From Casimicrobiaceae bacterium (lineage in GTDB: Bacteria > Pseudomonadota > Gammaproteobacteria > Burkholderiales > Casimicrobiaceae): a stretch of 64,000 nt of DNA. The notes under the pieces were generated by a model that was not told the DNA's origin, searched no databases, and saw nothing but the letters and a program-made list of their open reading frames with translations. The position numbers and the translations under genes are program-made. The stretch covers positions 10,367 through 74,366 of the forward strand of contig DASURV010000077.1 of NCBI GenBank assembly GCA_036375455.1, written 5' to 3'. Of this stretch, positions 1 through 9,959 are shown piece after piece; the first letter of the stretch is position 1; each line of letters begins with the position of its first letter.

Positions 1-492
1 CAGGTTCACGCCGGCGGGCAGCTCGCGCAGCCCCTCGCTGAACGCGTGCCGCCAGGCGGCGGCTGCGGGCGCCTCGTGGAAATTGTCGATGACGAGGACC
101 GAACGCGGCGGGAACAGCGCGAAGAACGCGCGCAGGAAGCGGCGCGTGAACGCCGGCAGCTCGCTCGCGTACTCGGGACCGAAGCGCGGCAGCGCCGCGA
201 GCCGCTTCGAGCGCGCGCGCGTGAGCTCGGCGGCGGCAAGCGTCAGGTAGTGGAAGAACGTGCCCGGGTCCGCATCGCCGGCGTCGGTCTGGAACCAGAT
301 CCCCGGCGCCTTGCGCGATTCGATGTAGCTTGCCGTCAGCGTCGACTTGCCGGCGCCCGGCGGCCCCGCGATCCACACGATCGGGTGCGCGCGCGCGGCA
401 TCGAGGCGCTCGAACAACCGCTCGCGCCGCAGCACGTCATACAGCCGCGGGCGGCTGAACTTGGCGAGGGTGAAGGGCGACGACGTAAGCAG
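1..492 (-). CDS. MalT/LuxR-like (STAND) ATP-dependent transcriptional regulator, N-terminal part; runs off window start
   Basis: Not in ORF track; manual minus-frame translation LAKFSRPRLYDVLRRERL...WIAGPPGAGKSTL (Walker A)...DADPGTFFHYL...VLVIDNFH (Walker B). Start codon unclear (CTG at 492?). Confidence 0.8.
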   Translation of the reverse strand, partial: MLTSSPFTLAKFSRPRLYDVLRRERLFERLDAARAHPIVWIAGPPGAGKSTLTASYIESRKAPGIWFQTDAGDADPGTFFHYLTLAAAELTRARSKRLAALPRFGPEYASELPAFTRRFLRAFFALFPPRSVLVIDNFHEAPAAAAWRHAFSEGLRELPAGVNL

Positions 493-547
493 GGCTAGCC
501 CTGGCTAGCAGCAGCCTGATCCAGAACCCATCATGGCCGCGCTACCG

Positions 548-1138
548 TCAGCCGGACCGCTCGCCGGCCATGCGCTCGGTGAGCGCCGCAATGCGCGCGC
601 CGAGAGCGTCGACCCGTGCGGCGAGGAGCGCCGTCTCGTCGAACAGCACGCGCACGTCGGCCGGATGCGCGAGCACCCGGGCCTCGTCGCGGGCGTACGT
701 GGCGACGTTGGCCGCCACGCGCGCCGCCGCGTACTCCGGCAGGCCGAGGAGCCGCCGACCCGCGTCGGCCACCCGCTGGCCGACGATCGGGCCGAACGAG
801 CGCGCGCAGAGCCGTTCGACGAACCACGGCAGCGTCCGCGCGAGGTCCTTCAGCACGCCGCCGAGTTGCACGTCCCCTTCCTCGGCGACGAACTCGTTCC
901 AGCGTCCGGGGTCGGCGAGGAACGCGGGAAGGCCTATCGGCGATACCGTCAGCACCAGATCGGGCGTTGCGCCGGCGAGCGGCGCATGCTCGAGCAGCCC
1001 GTGCTCGTCGATGCGGAACCCGCGCAAGAGCGGGCCGACCCGGACCATGAACGCGCGGCCGGCGAACGCGGCCAGCCGTTCGCGCGCCCACGGCTCGTGC
1101 TCGAGCAAGCGATTGGCCGCGGTGTCGGTCAGCGCCAT
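548..1138 (-). CDS. ubiJ: Ubiquinone biosynthesis accessory factor UbiJ (SCP2 domain)
   Basis: ANRLLEHEPWARERLAAFAGR, EGDVQL, C-terminal coiled coil; synteny with ubiE and Tim44 gene. Confidence 0.85.
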   Translation of the reverse strand: MALTDTAANRLLEHEPWARERLAAFAGRAFMVRVGPLLRGFRIDEHGLLEHAPLAGATPDLVLTVSPIGLPAFLADPGRWNEFVAEEGDVQLGGVLKDLARTLPWFVERLCARSFGPIVGQRVADAGRRLLGLPEYAAARVAANVATYARDEARVLAHPADVRVLFDETALLAARVDALGARIAALTERMAGERSG

Positions 1139-1151
1139 CGTCCGGGCGTAT

Positions 1152-2081
1152 TCAGGCGTATTGCTGGATCCCCGCGAGCAGCCAGCCGCTCGAGGCGTCC
1201 GTCGGCTTCACGAGGTGCCACAGCTCCTCGAACGGTTGCGCCGTCGGTGCGCCGTCCTCGCGCAGCGTGCCGTGGAAGCGGACGCTCGCGACATAGCGAT
1301 TGCCTTCCTGCACGACCTCGACGACGTCGGCGTCGAGCGTCACGATCTCGGTCGCGACATGCGCGCCGCGCGCCGCGAGGTCGCGCGCGATCTCCGCCTG
1401 CATCTGCGGCGTCGTCACGTCGTCGAGCAGGTCGCGGTCCGCGCGATCGTAGGCGGCTTGCAGGCGGCGGAATTGCTGCTTCGCCTGCGCAAGGAAGGGC
1501 GCCGGCTCGAAGCCGGGCGGATATCGTCCGGCGTCCGCGGTCGCGCCGCCGGGCGATCCCCATCCGGCATCGATCGCGGGCTCGCGCGCCGGCTCGAAGC
1601 TCGCACGCGCAGCGCCGGCGCCGGCATATTCATACGGCGCCGTACCGCGGCGGCGGGCCGCGAACGCCCGCAGCAGCGCAATGGCGCCGACGGCGAGCAG
1701 GCCGATCAGCAGCAGGCTCCCGAGCTCCTCGGACAGGCCGAGATGCGAGAACAGCGCCGCCAGCCCGAGTCCGGCCGCGAACCCCGCGATCGGCCCGAGC
1801 CAGCGCGACATGCGCGACGCGGGCACCGCCGCGCCGGCCGCGGCCGGCGCGGCGGCGGGACGCGCGGCCGTCGCGCCCGGCGTCGCGGGCATCACCGGAT
1901 TCGCCGCCGGACCGGAGAACGTATTCGCCGCCGGCGGGGCCGTCCGGGCGGCCGGTGGCGTAATGCTGCGCTGCATGCCCGAGCTGCGTCCGCCACCGAT
2001 GCGTGCGGCATCGGCGTAATCCGCGTGGACCACGGCGAACGAGGCTGCGGCGGCGAGGGCGACAACGAGCAGATGTCTCAC
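1152..2081 (-). CDS. Tim44 domain-containing membrane protein
   Basis: Signal peptide, ARIGGGRSSGMQR, AKQQFRRLQAAYD, ASVRFHG, FEELWHLVK, WLLAGIQQ; GTG start after GGAGG. Confidence 0.9.
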   Translation of the reverse strand: MRHLLVVALAAAASFAVVHADYADAARIGGGRSSGMQRSITPPAARTAPPAANTFSGPAANPVMPATPGATAARPAAAPAAAGAAVPASRMSRWLGPIAGFAAGLGLAALFSHLGLSEELGSLLLIGLLAVGAIALLRAFAARRRGTAPYEYAGAGAARASFEPAREPAIDAGWGSPGGATADAGRYPPGFEPAPFLAQAKQQFRRLQAAYDRADRDLLDDVTTPQMQAEIARDLAARGAHVATEIVTLDADVVEVVQEGNRYVASVRFHGTLREDGAPTAQPFEELWHLVKPTDASSGWLLAGIQQYA

Positions 2082-2209
2082 GTGATTCCTCCGAAGTGGG
2101 CCGGCCGCTGCAGCGCGGCGCGTGGCGGGCCGAGCGCCGCCAGCGGCTATATGCGGGCGCGTCGGCCCCGCGTCAATCAGGGTTTCCCCGATGCTCCCCG
2201 GCGAGGTTC

Positions 2210-2941
2210 CTAATATACGCGGCCGACGTGCAGCGCGACCGCGCCCGCGGCGAGATTGTAGTAATCGACGCGATCGAACCCCGATTGTTCCATCAGCGCC
2301 TGCAGCGCGGCCTGGTCCGGGTGCACGCGGATCGACTCGGCGAGATAGCGGTAGCTCGCGGCGTCGTTGACGACCAGCCGGCCGAGCAGCGGCAGGACGT
2401 TGAAGCTGTACCAGTCGTAGGCCGGGGCGAGCGGGCCGGCGACCCGCGAGAACTCGAGCACCAGCGCCACGCCGCCCGGCACGAGCACGCGGGCCATCTC
2501 GGCGAGCGCACGCTCCTTGCGTGTCACGTTGCGCAGCCCGAAGCCGATCGAGACGCAATCGAAGGCGCGATCGCGAAACGGCAGCGCCTCGGCGTTGCAC
2601 TGCACGGTCGGCAATGCGACGCCGAGATCGACCAGCTTGTCGCGGCCGGCGGCCAGCATCGCGCCGTTGATGTCGGTGTGGACGACGGTGCCGGACGGAC
2701 CGGCGCGCCGCGCGAACAGGCGCGCGAGGTCGCCCGTCCCCCCCGCGAGGTCGAGCACGCGTCCCCCCGGCCGCACGCCGGACAACGCGACGGCGAAGCG
2801 CTTCCAGCCGCGATGCAGCCCGGCCGACATCAGGTCGTTCATCAGGTCGTACCTGGTCGCGACCGAATCGAACACGCCGCGCACGCGCCGCGTCTTCTCG
2901 TCGGGCGTCACCTGCTCGTAGCCGAAATGCGTCGTTTCCAT
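2210..2941 (-). CDS. ubiE: Ubiquinone/menaquinone C-methyltransferase
   Basis: [48 protein letters not shown]. Confidence 0.97.
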   Translation of the reverse strand: METTHFGYEQVTPDEKTRRVRGVFDSVATRYDLMNDLMSAGLHRGWKRFAVALSGVRPGGRVLDLAGGTGDLARLFARRAGPSGTVVHTDINGAMLAAGRDKLVDLGVALPTVQCNAEALPFRDRAFDCVSIGFGLRNVTRKERALAEMARVLVPGGVALVLEFSRVAGPLAPAYDWYSFNVLPLLGRLVVNDAASYRYLAESIRVHPDQAALQALMEQSGFDRVDYYNLAAGAVALHVGRVY

Positions 2942-2969
2942 GACGGAGGATTCGAGGATCGAGAACCCC

Positions 2970-3347
2970 TCATCCCGGGTCCCGGCTCGCGCCGGCCGCG
3001 GCGAGCCGCTCGAGATAGCTGCGCCACAGCTCGTCCTGGCGCTCGCCGAGGTCGTACAGGTAATCCCAGGCGTAGATGCCGGAGCCGTGCCCGTCGGAGA
3101 ACGTCGGCCGCAGCGCGTAGTGCCCGACCGCCTCGGCCTGCGTGATCGTCACGTCGCGCTTGCCGACCTGCAGGATCTCCTGCCCCGGGCCGTGCCCGCG
3201 CACCTCGGCCGACGGCGAATGCACGCGCAGGAACTCGTACGGCAGCCGGAAGCGGCGGCCGTTCGCGAACGCGATTTCGAGGACCCGCGAGGCCTGGTGC
3301 AGCTTGATCTCGGTCGGCGGCGGGATCCGGGCGTCGGGGCCGGGCAT
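2970..3347 (-). CDS. DUF971 / gamma-butyrobetaine hydroxylase-like N-terminal domain protein
   Basis: [43 protein letters not shown]. Confidence 0.9.
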   Translation of the reverse strand: MPGPDARIPPPTEIKLHQASRVLEIAFANGRRFRLPYEFLRVHSPSAEVRGHGPGQEILQVGKRDVTITQAEAVGHYALRPTFSDGHGSGIYAWDYLYDLGERQDELWRSYLERLAAAGASRDPG

Positions 3348-3519
3348 GAGCGCATTCTACCCGCGGAACGCGAAGCGCCGTCCCGGCCTTCCGCGGCGGT
3401 CCTCCGATGACCTCGGCCTCCTCGCGCAGGCGCGGCGATGCGAGGCGGCGACGCGTCGGCCTCCACGACTCGCGCGCCGCCGACCGTGCGGGGCTCGGCT
3501 TCGCCCGGCGCGCTCGTCG

Positions 3520-4671
3520 TTACTCGTTCGTCTCGGGAACGATGTCGAGGTTGCCGATGCCGGAGAATATGTTCCGGTTCTTCGCTTCCTTGCCCTTCAG
3601 CTTGATCTCGAGGCGCAGGTCGTTCAGCGAGTCGGCGTTGCGCAGCGCATCCTCGTAGCTGACGAGGCCCGCCTCGTAGAGGTCGAACAGCGACTGGTCG
3701 AACGTCTGCATGCCGAGCTCGCGCGAGCGCTTCATCAGGTCCTTGATCTCGCCGACGGCGCCCTTGAAGATCAGGTCGGAGACGAGCGGCGAGTTCAGCA
3801 TCACCTCGACGGCCGGCACGCGGCCCTTGCCGTCGCGGCGCGGGAGCAGCCGCTGCGCGACGAACGCGCGCACGTTGAGCGACAGGTCCATCAGGAGCTG
3901 CGCGCGCCGCTCCTCGGGGAAGAAGTTGATGATCCGGTCGAGCGCCTGGTTCGTGCTGTTCGCGTGCAGCGTCGCGAGGCAGAGGTGGCCGGTCTCGGCG
4001 AAGGCGACCGCGTAATCCATCGTGTGGCGGTCGCGGATCTCGCCGATCAGGATCACGTCGGGCGCGGCGCGCAGCGAGTTCTTCAGCGCGATCTCCCAGT
4101 TGTCGGTGTCCACGCCCACCTCGCGCTGCGTGACGATGCAGTTGCGGTGCTCGTGCACGAATTCGATCGGGTCCTCGATCGTGATGATGTGGCCGAAGCT
4201 GTTCTCGTTGCGGTAGCCGAGCAGCGACGCCATCGACGTCGACTTGCCGGCGCCGGTGGCGCCGATGAAGAGGAAGATGCCGCGCTTGGACATGATGACG
4301 TCCTTCAGCACCGGCGGCAGGCCCAGCTCCTCGAACGTCGGGATGTCGGTGACGATCGTGCGCAGCACCATGCCGACGCGGCTCTGCTGGACGAACGCGT
4401 TGACGCGGAAGCGGCCCACGCCGGGCGGGCTGATCGCGAAATTGCACTCCTTCGTCGCCTCGAACTCCGCGGCCTGCTTGTCGTTCATCACGCTGCGGAC
4501 CAGCTCGATCGAGTGCTGCGGCGAGAGCTGCGTCTTCGACACCGGCGTGATCTTGCCGTCGACCTTGATCGCCGGCGGGAATCCCGCGGTGATGAACAGG
4601 TCGGAGCCCTTCTCCTTGACGAGCAGCTCGAGCAGCTCGTGGATGAAGCGGGTGGCGCGTTCTCGTTCCAT
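3520..4671 (-). CDS. pilU: Type IV pilus retraction ATPase PilU
   Basis: GATGAGKST, TIEDPIE, LRAAPDVILIGEIRD, TLHAN, GMQTFDQ; downstream of pilT. Confidence 0.95.
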   Translation of the reverse strand: MERERATRFIHELLELLVKEKGSDLFITAGFPPAIKVDGKITPVSKTQLSPQHSIELVRSVMNDKQAAEFEATKECNFAISPPGVGRFRVNAFVQQSRVGMVLRTIVTDIPTFEELGLPPVLKDVIMSKRGIFLFIGATGAGKSTSMASLLGYRNENSFGHIITIEDPIEFVHEHRNCIVTQREVGVDTDNWEIALKNSLRAAPDVILIGEIRDRHTMDYAVAFAETGHLCLATLHANSTNQALDRIINFFPEERRAQLLMDLSLNVRAFVAQRLLPRRDGKGRVPAVEVMLNSPLVSDLIFKGAVGEIKDLMKRSRELGMQTFDQSLFDLYEAGLVSYEDALRNADSLNDLRLEIKLKGKEAKNRNIFSGIGNLDIVPETNE

Positions 4672-4708
4672 GTGCGACCTCCAGTCCTGCGGCTGGTCCG
4701 CTCGCGCG

Positions 4709-5755
4709 TCAGCCGGCGCCGAACATCTCCTTGTTCACCGCCCGCATCCGCGCTTCCGACGCGGCGATGACGTTGCGGCGCACGAGCTCGACGAGGCACT
4801 GGTCGAGCGTCTGCATCCCGACCGCCAGCCCGGTCTGGATCGACGAATACATCTGCGCGACCTTGTTCTCGCGGATCAGGTTGCGGATCGCGGGCGTGCC
4901 GAGCATGATCTCGTGCGCCGCGACGCGGCCCTGCCCGTCCTTCGTCTTGATCAGCGTCTGCGAAATGACGGCGACGAGCGACTCGGAGAGCATCGCGCGC
5001 ACCATGTCCTTTTCCGCGGCCGGAAACACGTCGATGATCCGGTCGACCGTCTTGGCGGCCGAGCTCGTGTGCAGCGTGGCGAACACGAGGTGCCCGGTCT
5101 CCGCGGCCGTCATCGCGAGGCGGATCGTCTCGAGGTCGCGCATTTCGCCGACGAGGATGTAGTCGGGGTCTTCGCGCAACGCCGCGCGCAGCGCGTTCGG
5201 GAACGACAGCGTATGCGGCCCGAGCTCGCGCTGGTTGATCAGGCATTTCTTGGACTCGTGCAGGAACTCGATCGGGTCCTCGATCGTCAGGATGTGGCCG
5301 AACTCGTTCTCGTTGACGTGGTTGACCATCGCGGCGAGCGTGGTCGACTTGCCCGAGCCGGTCGGACCGGTGACGAGGATCAGCCCGCGCGGCCGCTCGG
5401 TGAGGCCCGCGAAGACCTTCGGCGCGTTGAGGTCCTCGAGCGACAGCACCTTCGACGGAATCGTCCGGAACGCGGCGGCCGCGCCGCGATACTGGTTGTA
5501 GGCGTTGACGCGGAAGCGCGCGAGGTTCGGCACGGCGAAGCTGAAGTCGCACTCGAGGAATTCCTCGTACATCTTGCGCTGCGCATCGCTCATGATGTCG
5601 TACACCATCGCGTGCACGTCCTCGTGCTCCATCGGCGGCAGGTTGATGCGCCGGATGTCGCCGTGCACGCGGATGAGCGGCGGCAGCCCCGACGACAGGT
5701 GCAGGTCGGAGGCCTTGTTCTTGACGGCAAATGCGAGCAGTTCCGTGATATCCAT
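4709..5755 (-). CDS. pilT: Type IV pilus retraction ATPase PilT
   Basis: MDITELLAF, GPTGSGKST, AIRNLIRE motif. Confidence 0.97.
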   Translation of the reverse strand: MDITELLAFAVKNKASDLHLSSGLPPLIRVHGDIRRINLPPMEHEDVHAMVYDIMSDAQRKMYEEFLECDFSFAVPNLARFRVNAYNQYRGAAAAFRTIPSKVLSLEDLNAPKVFAGLTERPRGLILVTGPTGSGKSTTLAAMVNHVNENEFGHILTIEDPIEFLHESKKCLINQRELGPHTLSFPNALRAALREDPDYILVGEMRDLETIRLAMTAAETGHLVFATLHTSSAAKTVDRIIDVFPAAEKDMVRAMLSESLVAVISQTLIKTKDGQGRVAAHEIMLGTPAIRNLIRENKVAQMYSSIQTGLAVGMQTLDQCLVELVRRNVIAASEARMRAVNKEMFGAG

Positions 5756-5950
5756 GAGTCAACCCGGGATCCGGAGGTCGCGGATCGCGCCGCGACCTGC
5801 GCTTTCGACAGGGGCGGCGCCGAATGGACACCCCGGGATCCGCCCCGCCGCGGCGGCGCTGATCCGATGGGCAGGGGGATTCGCGTCGTTTTGAGTGGTT
5901 TTCATCGCTGCGCGGGCGTAACCGTCCCAACGATCAGTTAACAAACGGCC

Positions 5951-5966
5951 TGTAGTATGCAATACA
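5951..5966. promoter_or_regulatory. Inverted repeat TGTA-N8-TACA in pilT/yggS divergent promoter region
   Basis: TGTAgtatgcaaTACA in the AT-rich part of the intergenic region; cognate factor unknown. Confidence 0.3.
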
Positions 5967-5998
5967 CATGCCAGATGACGATGTTCTAATCGCGCTCG

Positions 5999-6700
5999 AT
6001 GATTATGGGCCTGGGCGAGAAACGGTGGCAAGGCGCGCGCCAGCGCATCGCGGATGCGGCGCGGGCCGCGGGACGCGCGCCCGGCTCGGTGCGCCTGCTG
6101 GCCGTTTCGAAGACGTTTTCCGCGGCCGACGTGCGTGCGGTGCACGGATTGGGCCAGCGCGCGTTCGGCGAAAACTACGTCCAGGAAGCGGTCGACAAGC
6201 GCGCGCTGCTCGCCGACCTGCCGGATGCCGAGTGGCACCTGATCGGGCCGCTCCAGGCAAACAAGGCGCGGGCCGCCGCAGCGGCGTTCGAGTGGGTCGA
6301 GACGATCGACCGGCCGCGGATTGCGGACCGACTGTCGGACGCGCGCGCGCCGCAGCGGCCGCCGCTCAACGTTCTCGTCCAGGTCAACGTGAGCGGCGAG
6401 GCGACGAAGAGCGGCGTCGCCCCCGCAGCGGCGCTCGAGCTTGCGCGATACGTCGCAACACTGCCGAATTTGCGCCTGCGCGGGATCATGGGCATCCCGG
6501 AGCCGACCGCGGACGTCGAGCGGCTGCGGGAGCAGTTCCGCGCACTGCGGGCCTGCTTCGACGCCTGCCGCGCGGCGGGTCTTGCAGTGGACACGTTGTC
6601 GATGGGAATGTCGGCCGACCTGGAGCTCGCGATCGCGGAGGGCGCGACCGAAGTTCGTCTGGGAACCGCGATCTTCGGCGCACGGCGCAAAGGAGGTAAC
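5999..6700 (+). CDS. yggS: PLP homeostasis protein YggS (no stop codon; continues in frame into proC)
   Basis: LLAVSK, FGENYVQE, WHLIGPLQANK, LSMGMSAD, VRLGTAIFG. Confidence 0.93.
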
Positions 6701-7519
6701 TTGAAGGCGACTTTCGTCGGCGGCGGCAACATGGCCTCCGCCATCATCGGCGGCCTGGTCTCGCACGGAGCTGCTGCGACGGATCTGCGCGTCGTCGAGC
6801 CGCTCGACCCGCAGCGCGAGCGGCTCGCGTCACGCTTCGCGGGGCTCGGTCTGCATGCCGCTGTGCAAGCGGCGGCGTTCGACGGCGCCGATCTCGTCGT
6901 GCTGGCGGTCAAGCCGCAGCAGATGCGCGAAGCGGCGCGCCAGCTCGCCCCGTTCGTCGCTGCGATCCCGTTGCTCCTGACCATTGCCGCGGGCGTGCGT
7001 TGCGCCGACCTCGCGCGCTGGCTCGGGGGCTACGGGCGCATCGTGCGCGCGATGCCGAACACGCCGGCGCTGATCGGCGCGGGGATCAGCGCGCTTTATG
7101 CGACGCCCGAGGCGCGCGCCAGCGCCGCGACGGCCGCGCGGGTGCTCGAGGCGTGCGGCGAAGTGATCTGGTGCGAGCACGAGCGCGATCTCGATGCGGT
7201 CACCGGCGTTTCGGGGAGCGGACCGGCGTACGTGTTCTATTTTCTCGAGGCGCTCGAGCGGGCCGCGGTCGAGCTCGGGCTCGAACCGTCCGACGCGCGG
7301 CGGCTCGCATATGCAACCTTCGACGGCAGCGTGCGGCTCGCGCGCCAGAGCAGCGAGGCGCCCGCGGCGCTGCGCGCCAACGTCACGTCGAAGGGCGGCA
7401 CGACCGCGCGCGCGCTCGAGGTGCTGGACGCGGCGGACGTCGGCGGACATTTCATCGCGGCGGTGAAGGCGGCCGCAGCGCGCGCGGCCGAGCTCGGTGA
7501 CGAGAACGCGATCGATTGA
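6701..7519 (+). CDS. proC: Pyrroline-5-carboxylate reductase (own AAGGAGGT RBS and TTG start, in frame with yggS)
   Basis: FVGGGNMA, LAVKPQ, VRAMPNTPA, SGSGPAY, VTSKGGTT. Confidence 0.95.
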   Translation: MKATFVGGGNMASAIIGGLVSHGAAATDLRVVEPLDPQRERLASRFAGLGLHAAVQAAAFDGADLVVLAVKPQQMREAARQLAPFVAAIPLLLTIAAGVRCADLARWLGGYGRIVRAMPNTPALIGAGISALYATPEARASAATAARVLEACGEVIWCEHERDLDAVTGVSGSGPAYVFYFLEALERAAVELGLEPSDARRLAYATFDGSVRLARQSSEAPAALRANVTSKGGTTARALEVLDAADVGGHFIAAVKAAAARAAELGDENAID

Positions 7520-7534
7520 ACGACGGACGCCGCC

Positions 7535-8113
7535 ATGCTCGCCACCGCGCTCGCCTACCTGATCGACGTCTTCTTCGGCCTGTTCACCTATACGCTGCTG
7601 CTGCGCCTCGCGATGCAGGTCCTGCGCGCGCCGTTTCGCAATCCGCTCGGGCAGGCCGTGATGGCGCTCACCGACTGGATCGTCAAGCCGCTGCGCAGGG
7701 TGCTGCCCGGCGTCGGCGGCATCGATTGGGCGTCCGTCGTCGCGGCGCTGCTGTTCCAGTTCGGGTGGCTCGTCGCGCTGCAGTTCGCGTTCGGGCGCGC
7801 GTTCGCGCTGCTCGGACCCGGCATCGCGTTCCTGCTGCTCGCGACGCTGATCGCGCTCGGCAAGGCGCTGCTGTGGCTGACGATCATCGTCGTCCTCGTG
7901 CAGGCGGTCCTGTCGTGGGTCGCGCCCGACGGTCCGCTCGCCGGCGTGCTGAACGCGCTCACGTTCCCGGTGCTGCGCCCCGTGCGCCGGATCGTCCCGC
8001 CGATCGGCGGCACGCTCGACCTGTCGCCGCTGATCGTCATCGTGATCGCGCAACTGCTGCTGATCACGATCGTGCCGTGGCTCGAGGCGAGCGCGACGCG
8101 GCTGTTCATCTGA
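7535..8113 (+). CDS. yggT: YggT family membrane protein
   Basis: Two YGGT repeats (PFRNPLGQ...KPLRRVLP; PVRRIVPPIGGTLDLSP); synteny. Confidence 0.93.
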   Translation: MLATALAYLIDVFFGLFTYTLLLRLAMQVLRAPFRNPLGQAVMALTDWIVKPLRRVLPGVGGIDWASVVAALLFQFGWLVALQFAFGRAFALLGPGIAFLLLATLIALGKALLWLTIIVVLVQAVLSWVAPDGPLAGVLNALTFPVLRPVRRIVPPIGGTLDLSPLIVIVIAQLLLITIVPWLEASATRLFI

Positions 8114-8918
8114 TCGCGAGCCCGCACCCGCCCGCTCCCTGCTCTCGCGCAGCGGCGAGGCCATTCGCGAGGCGCACGAACGCCGCCACCGACAGCGTCT
8201 CGCCGCGTGCGCCCGGATCGATGTTCGCCGCACGCAGCGCGTCCTCGTCCGCGATTGCGGCGAGCGCGTTGCGCAACGTCTTGCGCCGCTGCCCGAATGC
8301 CGCGGCGACGATGCGTGCGAACAGCGCTTCGTCGGCGATCGCGGGCCGCGCGCCGCCGAGCGGCACGAGGCGCGCGAGCGCGGATTCCACCTTCGGCGCC
8401 GGCCGGAACGCGCCGGCGGGAACGCCGAACAGGCGCGTCACGGCGAAGCGCGACTGCAGCATCACGGTGAGCCGCCCGTAGTCCGCAGTTGCCGGCTGCG
8501 CCGTCATCCGCGCGACCACCTCGCGCTGCAGCATCACGTGGACGTCGCGCAACTGCGCCTCGTGCGCCGCGAGATGGAAGAGCAGCGGCGAGCCGATGTT
8601 GTACGGCAGGTTGCCGACGATGCGCAGATGCGCTCCGAGCGGCGCCAGATCGAACGTCAGCGCATCGGCTTCGTGCAGTACCAGGCGCCCGGGCGGAAAA
8701 CGCCCGCGCAAACGCGCGGCGAGGTCGCGGTCGATCTCGATCGCCGCGATGTGCCCGACGCGCTCGACGAGCGCTTGCGTCAGCGCGCCGAGCCCCGGGC
8801 CGATTTCGACGATGTTGTCGGCGGGCGCCGGCGCGATCGCATCGACGATGCGCGCGACGTAATGCGGGTCGGCGAGAAAGTTCTGGCCGAAGCGCTTGCG
8901 CGGCCGGTGACCGTGCAC
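8106..8918 (-). CDS. rsmA: 16S rRNA m6,2A dimethyltransferase KsgA
   Basis: RKRFGQNFL, EIGPGLG, GNLPYNI, FGQRRKTLRN. Confidence 0.96.
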   Translation of the reverse strand: MHGHRPRKRFGQNFLADPHYVARIVDAIAPAPADNIVEIGPGLGALTQALVERVGHIAAIEIDRDLAARLRGRFPPGRLVLHEADALTFDLAPLGAHLRIVGNLPYNIGSPLLFHLAAHEAQLRDVHVMLQREVVARMTAQPATADYGRLTVMLQSRFAVTRLFGVPAGAFRPAPKVESALARLVPLGGARPAIADEALFARIVAAAFGQRRKTLRNALAAIADEDALRAANIDPGARGETLSVAAFVRLANGLAAAREQGAGGCGLAIR

Positions 8919-8930
8919 GCCGACGCGGCC

Positions 8931-9959
8931 TCAGGCGTCCGATCGCGCGGCGAGCTCGATCGCGAGCTCGACGGCGGCGACGAGACTGCCCGGGTCGGCG
9001 CTCCTCGCCCGCGCGGCATCGGCCGCGAGATCGAGCGCGGTCCCGTGATCGACCGACGTGCGGATGAACGGCAAACCCAGCGTGACGTTGACGCCGTGTC
9101 CGAAGTTCGCCGCCTTGAAGGCCGGCAACCCCTGGTCGTGGTACATCGCGACGATCGCATCGAAGCGACGCGCGACGTCGGGAACGAAGACGCTATCGGC
9201 GGGCAGCGGCCCGGTCACGTTCGCGCCGCGCGCACGTGCCGCTGCGATCGCCGGCGCGATGACGTCGAGATCCTCGCGGCCGAGATGACCTGCCTCGCCG
9301 GCGTGCGGATTGAGGCCGCAGACGGCGATGCGCGGCTGCGCGATGCGGAAGCGCCGCGACAATTCGCGCCGCACGATCGCGACGGTCTCCTCGACCGCGG
9401 CCGCGGTCAGCGCCTCGGGCACCGCGCGCAGCGGCAGGTGCGTCGTCACCAGCGCGACCCGCAGCGCCGCGCTCCCCGCGCCGCTCGCGAGCATCATCAC
9501 CACGCGCGGCGTGTGCGTGCGCGCGGCGAAGAACTCGGTGTGGCCGGAGAACGGGATGCCGGCGTCCTCGATCGCGCTCTTCTGCACCGGTCCGGTGACG
9601 AGCGCGGCGAACGCACCGGTCGCGCACGCATCGCAGCCCGCCTCCAGCATCGACAGCACGCTGCGGGCGTTCGTGGGATCGGGGTGCCCGGGCACCGCCG
9701 GCGCCGCGAGCGGCTGATGCCATACCTCGAGCGCGCTGCCGAGCGGCGCGAACGCGAGCGGATCGTAACGCTCGTAGCGCGGCGTCGCGCCGATGCGCCG
9801 CGCGCGCTCGGCGAGGAGCCGCTCGTCCGCGAGCACGACGAGGCGGGCAGGGAAGTGCCGCGCCGCATGCCGCTCGGCGAGCCGTGCGACCAGCTCCGGG
9901 CCGATGCCGGCCGGCTCGCCGGCGGTGATCGCGATCGTCGGATGCGACGCGTTGCTCAA
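8931..9959 (-). CDS. pdxA: 4-hydroxythreonine-4-phosphate dehydrogenase
   Basis: TAGEPAGIGPE, FSGHTE, GLNPHAGE, MYHDQG, RTSVDHGTA; TTG start overlaps upstream TGA. Confidence 0.93.
   Translation of the reverse strand: MSNASHPTIAITAGEPAGIGPELVARLAERHAARHFPARLVVLADERLLAERARRIGATPRYERYDPLAFAPLGSALEVWHQPLAAPAVPGHPDPTNARSVLSMLEAGCDACATGAFAALVTGPVQKSAIEDAGIPFSGHTEFFAARTHTPRVVMMLASGAGSAALRVALVTTHLPLRAVPEALTAAAVEETVAIVRRELSRRFRIAQPRIAVCGLNPHAGEAGHLGREDLDVIAPAIAAARARGANVTGPLPADSVFVPDVARRFDAIVAMYHDQGLPAFKAANFGHGVNVTLGLPFIRTSVDHGTALDLAADAARARSADPGSLVAAVELAIELAARSDA

Noticed and set aside
5756-5998. Riboswitch (e.g. c-di-GMP) upstream of pilT; 9-bp hairpin and repeated CCCGGGATCCG
   Set aside because: No recognisable aptamer consensus; such short stems are expected at this GC content
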